From an uncultured Acidobacteriota bacterium (GTDB taxonomy: Bacteria > Acidobacteriota > UBA6911), in NCBI GenBank assembly GCA_963843575.1, contig CAWJKZ010000015.1, positions 64,001-128,000 on the forward strand: a stretch of 64,000 nt of DNA, given 5' to 3'. Both the position numbers and the translations under genes were made by a program. Under the pieces are notes generated by a model that ran no database searches, was not told the DNA's origin, and was given only the letters and a program-made list of their open reading frames with translations. Below are positions 9,365 through 18,560 of this stretch, piece by piece (positions within the stretch are counted from its first letter, which is position 1; the number at the start of each line of letters is the position of its first letter).

Positions 9365-9481
9365 TTGTTACGCGCCCGAGTTTTGACAATCCGATTCGAC
9401 ACGCTGAATGAATCGTTCGACGATGCTCCGCTGCAGGAATTCATCAAGGACAAGGACGTGATCTCCATTCGTGACCATCTT
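9365..9481 (+). pseudogene. 5' fragment of an HRDC-domain DGR accessory-type gene
   Basis: LRARVLTIRFDTLNESFDDAPLQEFIKDKDVISIRDH resembles the N-terminus of DGR-associated HRDC proteins (recalled pattern). GAGG RBS. The frame then runs into antisense transposase sequence. Confidence 0.6.
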
Positions 9482-9815
9482 ATGAGCCAGGACCTTGTGG
9501 AAGCGCGCTATTCAGTGGCCCAAACGCGTTCAACATTCCACCGCAGCGGATCACGTACGGATACGCATGAAAACTGTGAACTTGGTGCAGTCGCATGGAC
9601 AGATTGCTCGCCACATACATCCATAGCGGCACCTCTTCCTTCTCGCGCGGCGAAGGATAGGTTTCGGCCAGCTTCCCCAGCACCTTCTTCGCTCCGATGT
9701 AACGGAAGAACTCCGTCTCGGCTACTTCGCTGACCCCGTCGACAAAATCGAATTCCCCACCGCGGAAGCATTCCAAGACATAGTTCTGATCGTATTCAAA
9801 TACGACAAGATCCAT
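9480..9815 (-). pseudogene. Truncated putative DDE transposase (N-terminal ~100 aa only)
   Basis: Directly downstream of a DUF6788-like gene, an arrangement typical of IS elements; partly duplicated at 6561-6726; no catalytic domain present. Confidence 0.6.
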
Positions 9816-9820
9816 GAGCC

Positions 9821-10198
9821 TCAGGATTCCTTTCGCCTGGCCGCTTCCAACTGATCGATGAGCTGGATCATCGCCTTATAGATTTGCCCCAGCCGAGCAC
9901 GGGCGCGCCGAAACTTCTGATACCGTTCCGTCAAAACCTGAAAGTCTTTCAACTCGCCGGAAGGAATGGTCATGAGCTTGGTCCTGCCGCCCTCGCTGCG
10001 GCTCAGCATCATCGAACTGTGATGCTCGCCGCCGGCACAGTAGCAATTCGGCTTGCCGCACTTGCGCCGCTGCTCATAGACGGTCCCCTTGATCATGGGC
10101 CGGCGGTCCGTGAAGGCAGGCACCAATTCTTGGATTTCCTCAGCAAGCTGAGAGAGAGATTGGCGGATTCGGCTGAGTCGGTCAGATTGTGGCTGCAT
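9821..10198 (-). CDS. DUF6788-like IS-associated small protein
   Basis: MIKGTVYEQRRKCGKPNCYC..H motif followed by a coiled helix. Confidence 0.75.
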   Translation of the reverse strand: MQPQSDRLSRIRQSLSQLAEEIQELVPAFTDRRPMIKGTVYEQRRKCGKPNCYCAGGEHHSSMMLSRSEGGRTKLMTIPSGELKDFQVLTERYQKFRRARARLGQIYKAMIQLIDQLEAARRKES

Positions 10199-10518
10199 GT
10201 CGCTATGCAGTATAACATGCAGACCGCCAAGCAAAGCAACCCCCAAAATCACGTTGTTGAAAAAATCATCGGTAAGCAGTCAAACGAAGGAAGTGGAATG
10301 TCCTGACACCCGCAACTGCAGCGGCTGTGGAATTATCCGGCGGCGGGCGGCTCCCAGTGTCTGAATCGCAGTCCCCTGGCTTTGCGCTTGGTATGGTCCT
10401 GGGCGGTGCTTCGGGTATATAGTAAGCGCGTCACGAACGGAAGCAGAGAGCCGCCCCGGCAGACCCGGAATCGCATTTCGCCCAGCCCCGGGGGCGGAAA
10501 ACTCCTTAGGAGGCCGTC

Positions 10519-11055
10519 ATGGATTTGTTGAGCATGCTGCTGAATCAGGGCGGTGGTGATACCGTTCGCCAGTTGGCCGGCAATTTCGGCCTGAACGAGG
10601 AGCAGGCGGTGTCCGCGATCTCCAACCTCGTGCCGGCGCTCGGTCAGGGACTGGCTCGTAACGCCGCGACACCTGGTGGGCTCGAGGGCCTGCTGGGCGC
10701 ACTGGGGGCAGGCGGGCACCAGCGGTACCTGGAAGATCCTTCGATTCTCGGCCAGGAAGAAACCGTCCGGGACGGCAACGGAATCCTCTCCCACATACTG
10801 GGCAGCAAAGACGTGAGCCGCCAGGTTGCCCAACAGGCGGCTGACAGGACCGGAGTCGGAGCCGACGTGCTGAAGAAAATGTTGCCGGTGGTCGCGGCGA
10901 TGATGATGGGGACTCTCAGCCGACAGAGCGCAGCGCCGACCAGTTCGCCGGCCGACGGCCTCATGGGCTTGCTGAGCGGGTTCCTGGACAGCAACCGCGA
11001 CGGCTCCGTCGTCGACGACGTCCTCGGGATCGCATCCCGGTTTTTTCAGAAATGA
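10519..11055 (+). CDS. DUF937 domain-containing protein
   Basis: DGNGILSHILG motif; C-terminal LDSNRDGSVVDD; AGGAGG RBS. Confidence 0.85.
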   Translation: MDLLSMLLNQGGGDTVRQLAGNFGLNEEQAVSAISNLVPALGQGLARNAATPGGLEGLLGALGAGGHQRYLEDPSILGQEETVRDGNGILSHILGSKDVSRQVAQQAADRTGVGADVLKKMLPVVAAMMMGTLSRQSAAPTSSPADGLMGLLSGFLDSNRDGSVVDDVLGIASRFFQK

Positions 11056-11102
11056 ACCGGGAACACTCAGACCGGATAGCTAACAATTTGGATGGAGGAA
11101 TT

Positions 11103-11501
11103 ATGGATCGCTTGGAAGAACTCAAGGGGAAGTACCAATCCGCACTGAAAGTCCTCGGACGGCCGGGTTTCCGGATCCACAACCTGCACGTGCAGGACAA
11201 CAAGCTCTTCCTCAAGGCCTCGGCCGGCACCCAGGAACTCAAGAACCTGGTGTGGGGAGAGATCAAGAGCGTCGATCGGGTCTTTGCCGATCTCACCTGC
11301 GATATCGCTGTCGATCCGAGCATCGCGCCGCCGCCGGAAGCGAAGACTCACAAGGTACAGCCCGGCGACACCCTCTCGAAAATCGCGAAGCAATTCTACG
11401 GGGACGCGAATAAGTACATGAAGATCTTCGAAGCCAACAAGGATCAGCTAAGCGATCCGAACATGATCAAGGTCGGACAAGTCCTGAAGATCCCAGAATA
11501 G
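11103..11501 (+). CDS. LysM peptidoglycan-binding protein (YgaU/Kbp-like)
   Basis: HKVQPGDTLSKIAKQFYGDANKYMKIFEAN...IKVGQVLKIP. Confidence 0.9.
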   Translation: MDRLEELKGKYQSALKVLGRPGFRIHNLHVQDNKLFLKASAGTQELKNLVWGEIKSVDRVFADLTCDIAVDPSIAPPPEAKTHKVQPGDTLSKIAKQFYGDANKYMKIFEANKDQLSDPNMIKVGQVLKIPE

Positions 11502-11514
11502 CGCGGAGGCAAGT

Positions 11515-11772
11515 ATGATGCATCTGCTGTGGACCATCATCATCGGCTTTATCGCCGGCGCTGTCGCGAAATTCATGATGCCGGGGAAGGACCCGGGAGG
11601 ATTCTTCATCACCACGGGGCTGGGAATAGGCGGAGCGCTGATCGCCACTTTCCTGGGGCGCTTCGTCGGCTGGTACCAGGAAGGGCAGTCGGCCGGCTTT
11701 ATCGCTGCCGTCGTGGGTGCCGTCCTTGTGCTGATCGTCTATCGCCTGATACGGAAGAGCCGCACCGCGTAA
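11515..11772 (+). CDS. GlsB/YeaQ/YmgE family membrane protein
   Basis: IIIGFIAGAVAKFMMPG...GIGGALI; three TM segments. Confidence 0.9.
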   Translation: MMHLLWTIIIGFIAGAVAKFMMPGKDPGGFFITTGLGIGGALIATFLGRFVGWYQEGQSAGFIAAVVGAVLVLIVYRLIRKSRTA

Positions 11773-11776
11773 CAAT

Positions 11777-12336
11777 CGGGGACGGACCAAGACAAGCGAT
11801 TTAGAATCAATTGCTTGACGTAATTTTGGCGCCCAAATCGCCCCTTAATCGCGCTTTTTGGCCCCGTTTTCCCGAAATAAGCCAGACAGGACAAGCCCGC
11901 GCAACCGGGGAGGTGAACAACCCTCCCCGCATTGTGCCGGTTGATGAAGCTGACGCGATCACAGCCATTCGGTGGACACGACAGGCGTGTGCGCCCTGGT
12001 TGTATTGAGCCCACTTAATCTGATCTTTATGCCCACATCCGCCTCCCCCCACGGGGCTGCTGTCGGGCCATAAGCGCCGCGCCAGCCGCTCGTCGATAAT
12101 CCCCTCGGGGGCGCCCAACCAGTGCCCTGCCGGCCGAGGGATGGCGCCGCGATGCCGAATGGTTCACGGTTGCCAGCGTCAAACTCACCACCCTGATCGA
12201 TCCGGACGAACGCGTCGGCGCAGATTACTGCGCTAATTCAAAAAAACGCTGGCAAAAGACGAAAATAGCGGGCTATTTTGAGGCAAAATATGCCATAAAG
12301 CATTAAAACAATTGGCTTTGCCTTGGTCCGTCCCCG
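11777..12336. mobile_element. 560-bp element bounded by 19-bp inverted repeats (CGGGGACGGACCAAG[A/G]CAA)
   Basis: 11777-11795 vs reverse complement of 12318-12336 match 18/19; IHF consensus AATCAATTGCTTG at 11805-11817; no TSD seen. Confidence 0.6.
12045..12118 (-). pseudogene. Fragment of a MacB/ADOP-type ABC permease
   Basis: IIDERLARRLWPDSSPVG matches the periplasmic motif (compare VINETMARQYWKDGDPL in 18561-21023). Confidence 0.5.
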
Positions 12337-13226
12337 TACTTGCGGGCGTGGGTGGCGTTTTCGGTGACCTGGTCGGTGAAGGCGGGGAGCATGCCGACGA
12401 TGACGCCGTCGGTCGGCTTGATGTTCTCGAAGGCGTATTTGAAGGCCTGCTCCGTCTGGGCTGGGTCTCCCGCACTCCAGCCGCCGGCCAGGATCTTGAA
12501 TCCGAAGCACGGCTTTCCCGTCCTGCGGATGGACTGGCACATCCGCTCTGGATCGGCCGGCCTGAACGTGCTCTGGATCGGCTTGAATCCCAGGATCTTT
12601 TTCCAGTCGGCCTCCTGCCGGCTCATCACGTAGAAGCATCCCATGAACAGGTCGTTCTCCCAGTTCTCGTCCGTGATCCTGTCGATGACCTCCGGTTCGT
12701 GGCAGGACACCCCTGCGAGCACCCCCACGTCCTTCACCTCCTTGACGAAGTCGTGGACGAGCTCGAATTTGTTGTTCCTCCAGTAATTGTCGGTCACCCC
12801 GCCATGGTGGACGATTGCGATCGGGCCGTAGCCGGCGGCCTCCTTCACGGTCACCTCTTTGGGATGGTACAGGATGACCAGCTGCATCTTCCCGCCCTCA
12901 TCCCGATAACGCTTCCAGGCGTTGGGAAAGCGTTTCGTGAAGTTCGTCTGGAAGGTGTTGATCCCCGCCCGTTCGGACTGGTGCAGGAGTTTGACGATGT
13001 TGTCGTCGTTGAAATACTGCACCATGAACTTGCTCATCAGTTCGCCCTGATAGCTATAACCCCACACGGGATTCGCGCCGAGCACGAGACGGGAAACGAG
13101 GAACTTGCCCAGCCGGATCTGCGGCATCGCGCCGGGGGTTGCGGAAGCAGGGAATCCGCCGGCCATCAGTCCCGCGGATATGCCGCACGCCGTTTTCAGA
13201 AACGCTCTCCTGGTGTCTGGACACAT
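12303..13226 (-). CDS. Tat-exported aldo/keto-reductase-like hypothetical protein
   Basis: TRRAFLK Tat motif; MPQIRLGKFLVSRLVLGANP; FKILAGG. Confidence 0.7.
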   Translation of the reverse strand: MCPDTRRAFLKTACGISAGLMAGGFPASATPGAMPQIRLGKFLVSRLVLGANPVWGYSYQGELMSKFMVQYFNDDNIVKLLHQSERAGINTFQTNFTKRFPNAWKRYRDEGGKMQLVILYHPKEVTVKEAAGYGPIAIVHHGGVTDNYWRNNKFELVHDFVKEVKDVGVLAGVSCHEPEVIDRITDENWENDLFMGCFYVMSRQEADWKKILGFKPIQSTFRPADPERMCQSIRRTGKPCFGFKILAGGWSAGDPAQTEQAFKYAFENIKPTDGVIVGMLPAFTDQVTENATHARKYGDGPRQSQLF

Positions 13227-13327
13227 TTCTAACGCTCCTTCCTGGAAGCCCGGGATTGCCTGGCCAGATTATTAGCACAACTTTCGCGGCAGGGGTGCAA
13301 CATATGAAGGGGAAGATGCCGGAACGT

Positions 13328-13726
13328 TCAGCGGGACGCCAACCGGGTGAGGTTTTTGGCCATCAGGGTCTTGATGAGCACGAGCGTGTCGGGTCGGGGG
13401 CTGTTGAAGCGCACGCCGTAGTCGACAACCTCGTTGGTTGTGTCGGACCTGGGGTGCGCTACCTGGACGATGAAGCCCTCCAGCGTGAGATTTTTCTTGA
13501 GCTCGGGCAGGCTGACCACGATCGACACCAGGCTCCCGTTGGGGAGAATCTGTCTGCATGAGATCGAGGCGCCGGTCAGGGAGACGTTCATAAGGAAGGC
13601 CTGGGAGGAAACGCCGTCCGACGTGATGCTGCAGCGAAGGCAGGTGCCCAGGCGATAGCAGGACCTCAGATCGTGATTTCCCCGCCGCCCCGCTTCGGTC
13701 CCCATGGGTCGCACCCCTATGCCCAA
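13328..13726 (-). CDS. PilZ domain-containing protein
   Basis: RxxxR (RSCYR) and NxSxxG (NVSLTG) motifs. Confidence 0.75.
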   Translation of the reverse strand: MGIGVRPMGTEAGRRGNHDLRSCYRLGTCLRCSITSDGVSSQAFLMNVSLTGASISCRQILPNGSLVSIVVSLPELKKNLTLEGFIVQVAHPRSDTTNEVVDYGVRFNSPRPDTLVLIKTLMAKNLTRLASR

Positions 13727-13803
13727 TTAATCGGAACACCACGGGAAAGCATTAGCCCTTTGCGAGGGCCGCGGCGGCTCGCCGCGGCCCGCTGCGCCTG
13801 GCG

Positions 13804-15079
13804 TTACGGGTAGATGCCCAGCCAGGAGACCGCCTCGGCCACGCGGCCGATCGACAGGATGTAGGCGGCGCGCCGCAGGTTGACCTTGTGGCGCTTTGAG
13901 GTCAGCAGCACCTGGTTGAAGGCGTCGACCATGATTTCCTTGAGCCGGGAGTTGACGTCGTCCTCTTTCCAGTAGTACCCCTGATTGTTCTGAACCCATT
14001 CAAAATAGGACACCGTCACCCCGCCGGCGTTGGCGAGGATGTCGGGCAGAACCCACACGCCCTTCTCGGCGAGCACCGTGTCCGCCTCGGGCAAGGTCGG
14101 GCCGTTGGCGGCTTCGGCGACGATGCGGGTGCGGATCTTCCCCGCCACTTCGGCTGTGATGACGTTTTCCAGGGCGGCCGGGATCAGGACCTCGCACTCG
14201 AGCGCCAGCAGCTCTTCGGGCGTGATCGCATCGGCGCCGGCGAAGCCCACGACCGAGCCGGTCCTCTCCTTGTGCTCGATGACGCGATGGGGGTCGAGAC
14301 CTTCCCTGCAGAAGATGGCTCCCTTCGAGTCGCTGACGGCAATGACCTTGGCGTCGTGCTCGTCGTGGATCAGCCGGGCGGCGATCGAACCGGCATTGCC
14401 GAACCCCTGGATTACGGTCCGAGCGTCCTTCAACTTCAAATCGAGGTGCTTCGCCGCCTCGGCGATCACGAACACGCACCCGCGGGCCGTGGCTTCCGTT
14501 CTCCCCTGGGATCCCCCGATGGAAATGGGTTTACCGGTCACGACGTCCGGGCGAGTAATAGCCTCGGTGCATGTTGTAGGTGTCGACCATCCAGGCCATG
14601 GTGCGGGAGCTGGTGTAGACGTCGGGGGCAGGGATGTCACGATCCGGACCGATGAAGATGGAGAGCTCGGAGGTAAAGCGCCGGGTGAGGTTCTCGAGTT
14701 CGTGCAAGTCCATCTCTTTCGGGTTGCAGACCACGCCCCCCTTGGCGCCGCCAAAAGGGATGTTCACGGTCGCGCACTTGTAGGTCATCCACGAAGCCAG
14801 CGCCTTGACTTCGTCCAGGGTGACGTCCGGGTGGTAGCGGATGCCCCCCTTGGCCGGGCCGCGGGCCGTGCTGTGCTGCACGCGGTAGCCGGTGAACATC
14901 GTGATCCTTCCCGTGCGCATCTTGACGGGGAAGTGCACGATGAGCTCACGTTCCGGCAGTCGGATGCGCGAGCGCACGGCGCCGTCAAGATCGAGCAGGT
15001 CCGCGGCGGCATCGAAGTTCTGCAGTGCAATGCTGTAAGTGTTCATGGTCTCAATCTGTCCGGCCATCTGTTCCTCCAT
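13804..15079 (-). pseudogene. gdhA: Glu/Leu/Phe/Val (glutamate) dehydrogenase, single frameshift near 14548
   Basis: [17 protein letters not shown] and DIPAPD in one frame; VVTGKP, GFGNAG and NAGGVTVSYFEW in another. One extra base, possibly an assembly error. Confidence 0.85.
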
Positions 15080-15298
15080 GGGTAAGTTCTAATGGCAAAG
15101 GAGGCGATTCTAAAGCAATACGCCAAACACGCAGAGGTTTTTGTCCGACCTCGACTCCGTGCGCATCACAAAACTGAAAACTTGCCACGGAGGATACGGA
15201 ATGGACTCGGCCTGGAATCGAGCCCACCCCGCAGCACTCCCCTGCTTCGCGATATCGTCAGCAAAGCGCTGTTCATCCGGCTCGGGTTGGGCTAGCTT

Positions 15299-15913
15299 AT
15301 GTCCATCATGAGCCCTCTCTCAAATAAGGACGAATTCCATTCGGTGCCTGCCGACGCCGGTCGCTGGAAAGACCTCGAGACGCTGTTCGGGGCGCGGGGC
15401 GCCTGCGGAGGCTGCTGGTGCATGGCCTGGCGGCGGACCCGAAAGGATTTCGATGCCGGCAAGGCCGGGGGGAACAAGCGCGCGCTCAAAAAGCTGACCG
15501 CCGGCCCCCGGGCTCCAGGCATCCTCCTGTACCGCAACGATGAGGCGGTGGGCTGGTGCTCGATCGCGCCGCGCGGGGACTTCGTCCGGCTGGAAGGCTC
15601 GCGGGTGTGGGCCCCGGTGGACGAAAGACCCGTCTGGTCGGTCTCGTGTTTCTTCGTCAAGAAAACCTATCGAAACCAGGGGCTGTCGGTAAAACTGCTC
15701 GAGGCCGCCGTCGAGTTCGCGCGGGAACACGGTGCGGAAATCGTCGAAGGTTATCCGCAGGAGACCGGCACCAGGCTGCCCGACGCGTTCGTGTGGACGG
15801 GGCTCGTCGCCAGTTACCGGGGTGCGGGCTTCGAGGAAGCGGCGCGTCGCTCGCGGGGCAAGCCGGTAATGCGGCGTTATGTGAAAAGCGCCGCCCGAGG
15901 CAAGTCAACATGA
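15299..15913 (+). CDS. GNAT family N-acetyltransferase
   Basis: GCWCM, VGWCSIAPR, CFFV..YRNQG and VEGYP motifs. Confidence 0.88.
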   Translation: MSIMSPLSNKDEFHSVPADAGRWKDLETLFGARGACGGCWCMAWRRTRKDFDAGKAGGNKRALKKLTAGPRAPGILLYRNDEAVGWCSIAPRGDFVRLEGSRVWAPVDERPVWSVSCFFVKKTYRNQGLSVKLLEAAVEFAREHGAEIVEGYPQETGTRLPDAFVWTGLVASYRGAGFEEAARRSRGKPVMRRYVKSAARGKST

Positions 15914-17007
15914 CGCGGTTGATCTGGTTGCCGGTGCTCGCCTGTGTCGCAGCCTGGGCCGTGCCTCAATCTCTTCCCGAGAGGCGGCCCTGGCTCGAGA
16001 TGCGCGGCATCTACGGGGGAGTGCCGCACGAAATAATGCAGGGGGGCAAGACCCTGCAGGGATATAGCGTCAACGCCGTGTTCATCGGCTCCGGCAGCGT
16101 CACCCCCGAACGGGTGCAAGCGCTGCGCGCCGCCGGGGCGCGCGTTTTCGCCGAATTCAACTCCATGCACCACGCCGAGTACCTGAAAAGCCACCCGGAC
16201 GCCGCGCCGGTCGGCGAGGACGGCCAGGTTTCGCCCCCGCCCGACGGCTGGCAGGGAGTCTGCCCGACGCACCCCGGCTATCGGAAGGACCGCATGGACG
16301 CGTTCCGGGCGGTGCTGGCCGACCACGCGGTCGACGGCGTCTGGCTGGATTATCACCACGGCCACGCCAGCTGGGAACAGGCGGTCCCCTCGTTGCCAAA
16401 CACCTGCTTCTGCCGGCGCTGCCTCCGGGTTTTCCAGGAGCAGACCGGGCTGCGGCTGCCAAGCGTGCCCGCCGCGGAGGTCTCACGGCTGCTGTTGGGC
16501 GAGTACAGGGAACGCTGGGTGCGGTGGCGCTGCGGGGTTTTCACCGACTGGGTGCGCGAGTACCGCGCCGTCCTGGACCGCACGAGGCCGGGTGCGCTGC
16601 TCGGCACTTACCACTGCCCCTGGACCGATACGGATTTCGGCGGCGCCCTCGAGGCCTGCCTGGCGATCGATCTGAAGGCGCAGGCGCGCTACGTCGACGT
16701 GTTCAGCCCGATGGCCTACCACGCCCGCTTCGGGCACGGCTCGGACCCCGGCTGGATTTCCCGGCAGGTGAGCTGGCTTGGGAAACACCTCGGCGTCCGG
16801 GGGGAACCCCGGGAGCGGCTGCGCATATGGCCGATCGTGCAGGCTTCGGACTGGGGTGAGGCGGTGCCGGTATCCCAACTGGCCTCTGTCCTCGACCACG
16901 GCACGAGGGCCCCCGCGACCGGCGTCATGATCTTCGCCTGGGGCGCCCTGCGGCAGCAGCCGGACAAAATCGAAGAGATCGGCCGGATCTACCGCGCCTT
17001 GCGGTGA
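15910..17007 (+). CDS. Secreted glycoside-hydrolase-like TIM-barrel protein (GHL10-like)
   Basis: Signal peptide; CPTHP, VDGVWLDY, CFCxxC and SPMAYH motifs; ATGA overlap with the GNAT gene. Confidence 0.65.
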   Translation: MTRLIWLPVLACVAAWAVPQSLPERRPWLEMRGIYGGVPHEIMQGGKTLQGYSVNAVFIGSGSVTPERVQALRAAGARVFAEFNSMHHAEYLKSHPDAAPVGEDGQVSPPPDGWQGVCPTHPGYRKDRMDAFRAVLADHAVDGVWLDYHHGHASWEQAVPSLPNTCFCRRCLRVFQEQTGLRLPSVPAAEVSRLLLGEYRERWVRWRCGVFTDWVREYRAVLDRTRPGALLGTYHCPWTDTDFGGALEACLAIDLKAQARYVDVFSPMAYHARFGHGSDPGWISRQVSWLGKHLGVRGEPRERLRIWPIVQASDWGEAVPVSQLASVLDHGTRAPATGVMIFAWGALRQQPDKIEEIGRIYRALR

Positions 17008-17055
17008 GTCCGTTCTTAAAACCGTACGTTGCGGCTTTTCGGAGGGATCTTCGCC

Positions 17056-18525
17056 ATGTCGGGAAAACTCCTGGTGGCATTACTTTTTGGAGCGACCACG
17101 CTCTTTGCGCAGCCCTACGAGCCGAAGTGGGAATCGCTCGACCGGCGTCCCACACCGGCCTGGTTCACGGACGCCAAGTTCGGCATTTTCATTCACTGGG
17201 GCGTCTACTCGGTCCCGTCCTACGCCCCGGTGCTGCCGGGCAAACTGGCGTATGCGGAGTGGTACTGGAACGCGATCACGGCCGGGCAGAAGAGCGAGGC
17301 AAACCCGGTCCAGGCGGGTTCCTGGGCCTTTCACCGGCGCGTCTACGGCGCAGACTTCCCCTACCAGGACTTCGCCCCGATGTTCCGGGCGGAGCTTTTC
17401 GACCCCGATCACTGGGCCGACGTGTTTCGCCGGTCCGGCGCCAGGTACGTCGCCCTGACCTCCAAGCACCACGAGGGTTTCGCGCTGTGGCCGAGCCGCG
17501 AGGCGTCCAAGACCTGGGGCCGCCCCTGGAACAGCGTCGACATCGGGCCGCGTCGCGATCTTGCCGGCGACCTTGCCGCGGCGGTGCGCGCCCAGGGCCT
17601 GAAGATGGGTTTCTACTACTCGCTCTACGAGTGGTACAACCCGCTCTGGCTCTCCGACAAATCGCGGTACATCGCCGAGCACATGACGCCGCAATTCAAA
17701 GACCTCGTCACACGCTACCGGCCCTCCCTCATCTTCAGCGACGGCGAGTGGGACCTCCCGTCGTCGGAGTGGAAGAGCCCCGAGCTGCTGGCCTGGCTCT
17801 TCAACGAGTCGCCCGTGAAGGACGAAGTCGTCGTCAACGACCGCTGGGGCAAGGATTCGCGGCACCGGCACGGAGGGTACTGGACGACCGAATACACCCC
17901 CGGGATGAGCGGCATGGACCACCCCTGGGAGGAGAGCCGGGGCATGGGCTTCTCCTACGGGTTCAACCGGGCCGAGCGCCTCGAGCACTACCACTCGGGC
18001 CGCGACCTCGTCATCATGCTCGCGGACCTCGTCAGCCGCGGCGGCAACCTGCTGCTGGACATCGGGCCCGCGGCCGACGGCACGATCCCGGGGGTGATGG
18101 AGGACCGGTTGCTGCAGATCGGCGCGTGGCTGAAGGTCAACGGCGAGGCCGTCTACGGGACGAAACCGTGGAAGGCCACCCGGCAATGGAGCGCCGGCGA
18201 GGTTCCGAAGATCGACTACAACAAGGAGTACATGTCGGCGTACGACGTCACCAAGCTGACGGAGAAGCAGGCGGCGGGCAAGGCGGCCATAGAGGCGTTT
18301 TTCACCGCGAAGGGAAGCGATCTTTTCGTCATCCTGCCGCGCTGGCCGGGACGGCGCTTCGTCGTCAGGGACGCCGGGTCAGGCCCCGTAAAGGCCGTGA
18401 CGCTGCTCGGGTCGCCCGCGCCGGTGCGCTTCAGCGCGCAGGGCGGAACGATCTCGATCGAACTGCCCGAAATGCCGGAGGCGCTGATGAGCCAGCCGGC
18501 GTGGACGCTGAAACTGGTGCGGTAG
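17056..18525 (+). CDS. Alpha-L-fucosidase (GH29)
   Basis: WFTDAKFGIFIHWGVYSVP, TSKHHEGF, VVNDRWG and GGNLLLDIGP motifs. Confidence 0.93.
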   Translation: MSGKLLVALLFGATTLFAQPYEPKWESLDRRPTPAWFTDAKFGIFIHWGVYSVPSYAPVLPGKLAYAEWYWNAITAGQKSEANPVQAGSWAFHRRVYGADFPYQDFAPMFRAELFDPDHWADVFRRSGARYVALTSKHHEGFALWPSREASKTWGRPWNSVDIGPRRDLAGDLAAAVRAQGLKMGFYYSLYEWYNPLWLSDKSRYIAEHMTPQFKDLVTRYRPSLIFSDGEWDLPSSEWKSPELLAWLFNESPVKDEVVVNDRWGKDSRHRHGGYWTTEYTPGMSGMDHPWEESRGMGFSYGFNRAERLEHYHSGRDLVIMLADLVSRGGNLLLDIGPAADGTIPGVMEDRLLQIGAWLKVNGEAVYGTKPWKATRQWSAGEVPKIDYNKEYMSAYDVTKLTEKQAAGKAAIEAFFTAKGSDLFVILPRWPGRRFVVRDAGSGPVKAVTLLGSPAPVRFSAQGGTISIELPEMPEALMSQPAWTLKLVR

Positions 18526-18560
18526 AGGTTGCTGCCCTCAAACTTCGAAATCTCGAAGCG

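Larger units (their letters stand above)
6202..10371. mobile_element. Non-autonomous cargo-carrying transposable element with 28-bp TIRs and 10-bp TSD
   Basis: 6202-6229 CTGCGATTCAGACACTGGGAGCCGCCCG is the exact reverse complement of 10344-10371. TCCCCTGGCT is directly repeated at 6192-6201 and 10372-10381. Confidence 0.88.

Noticed and set aside
6561-9711. 166-bp repeat pair as a DGR TR/VR pair
   Set aside because: The mismatches are not adenine-specific on either strand, and the repeat encodes transposase-like sequence rather than the target C-terminus.
14531-14560. Programmed frameshift in glutamate dehydrogenase
   Set aside because: No slippery sequence at the site; several similar indels in the window point to error or decay.
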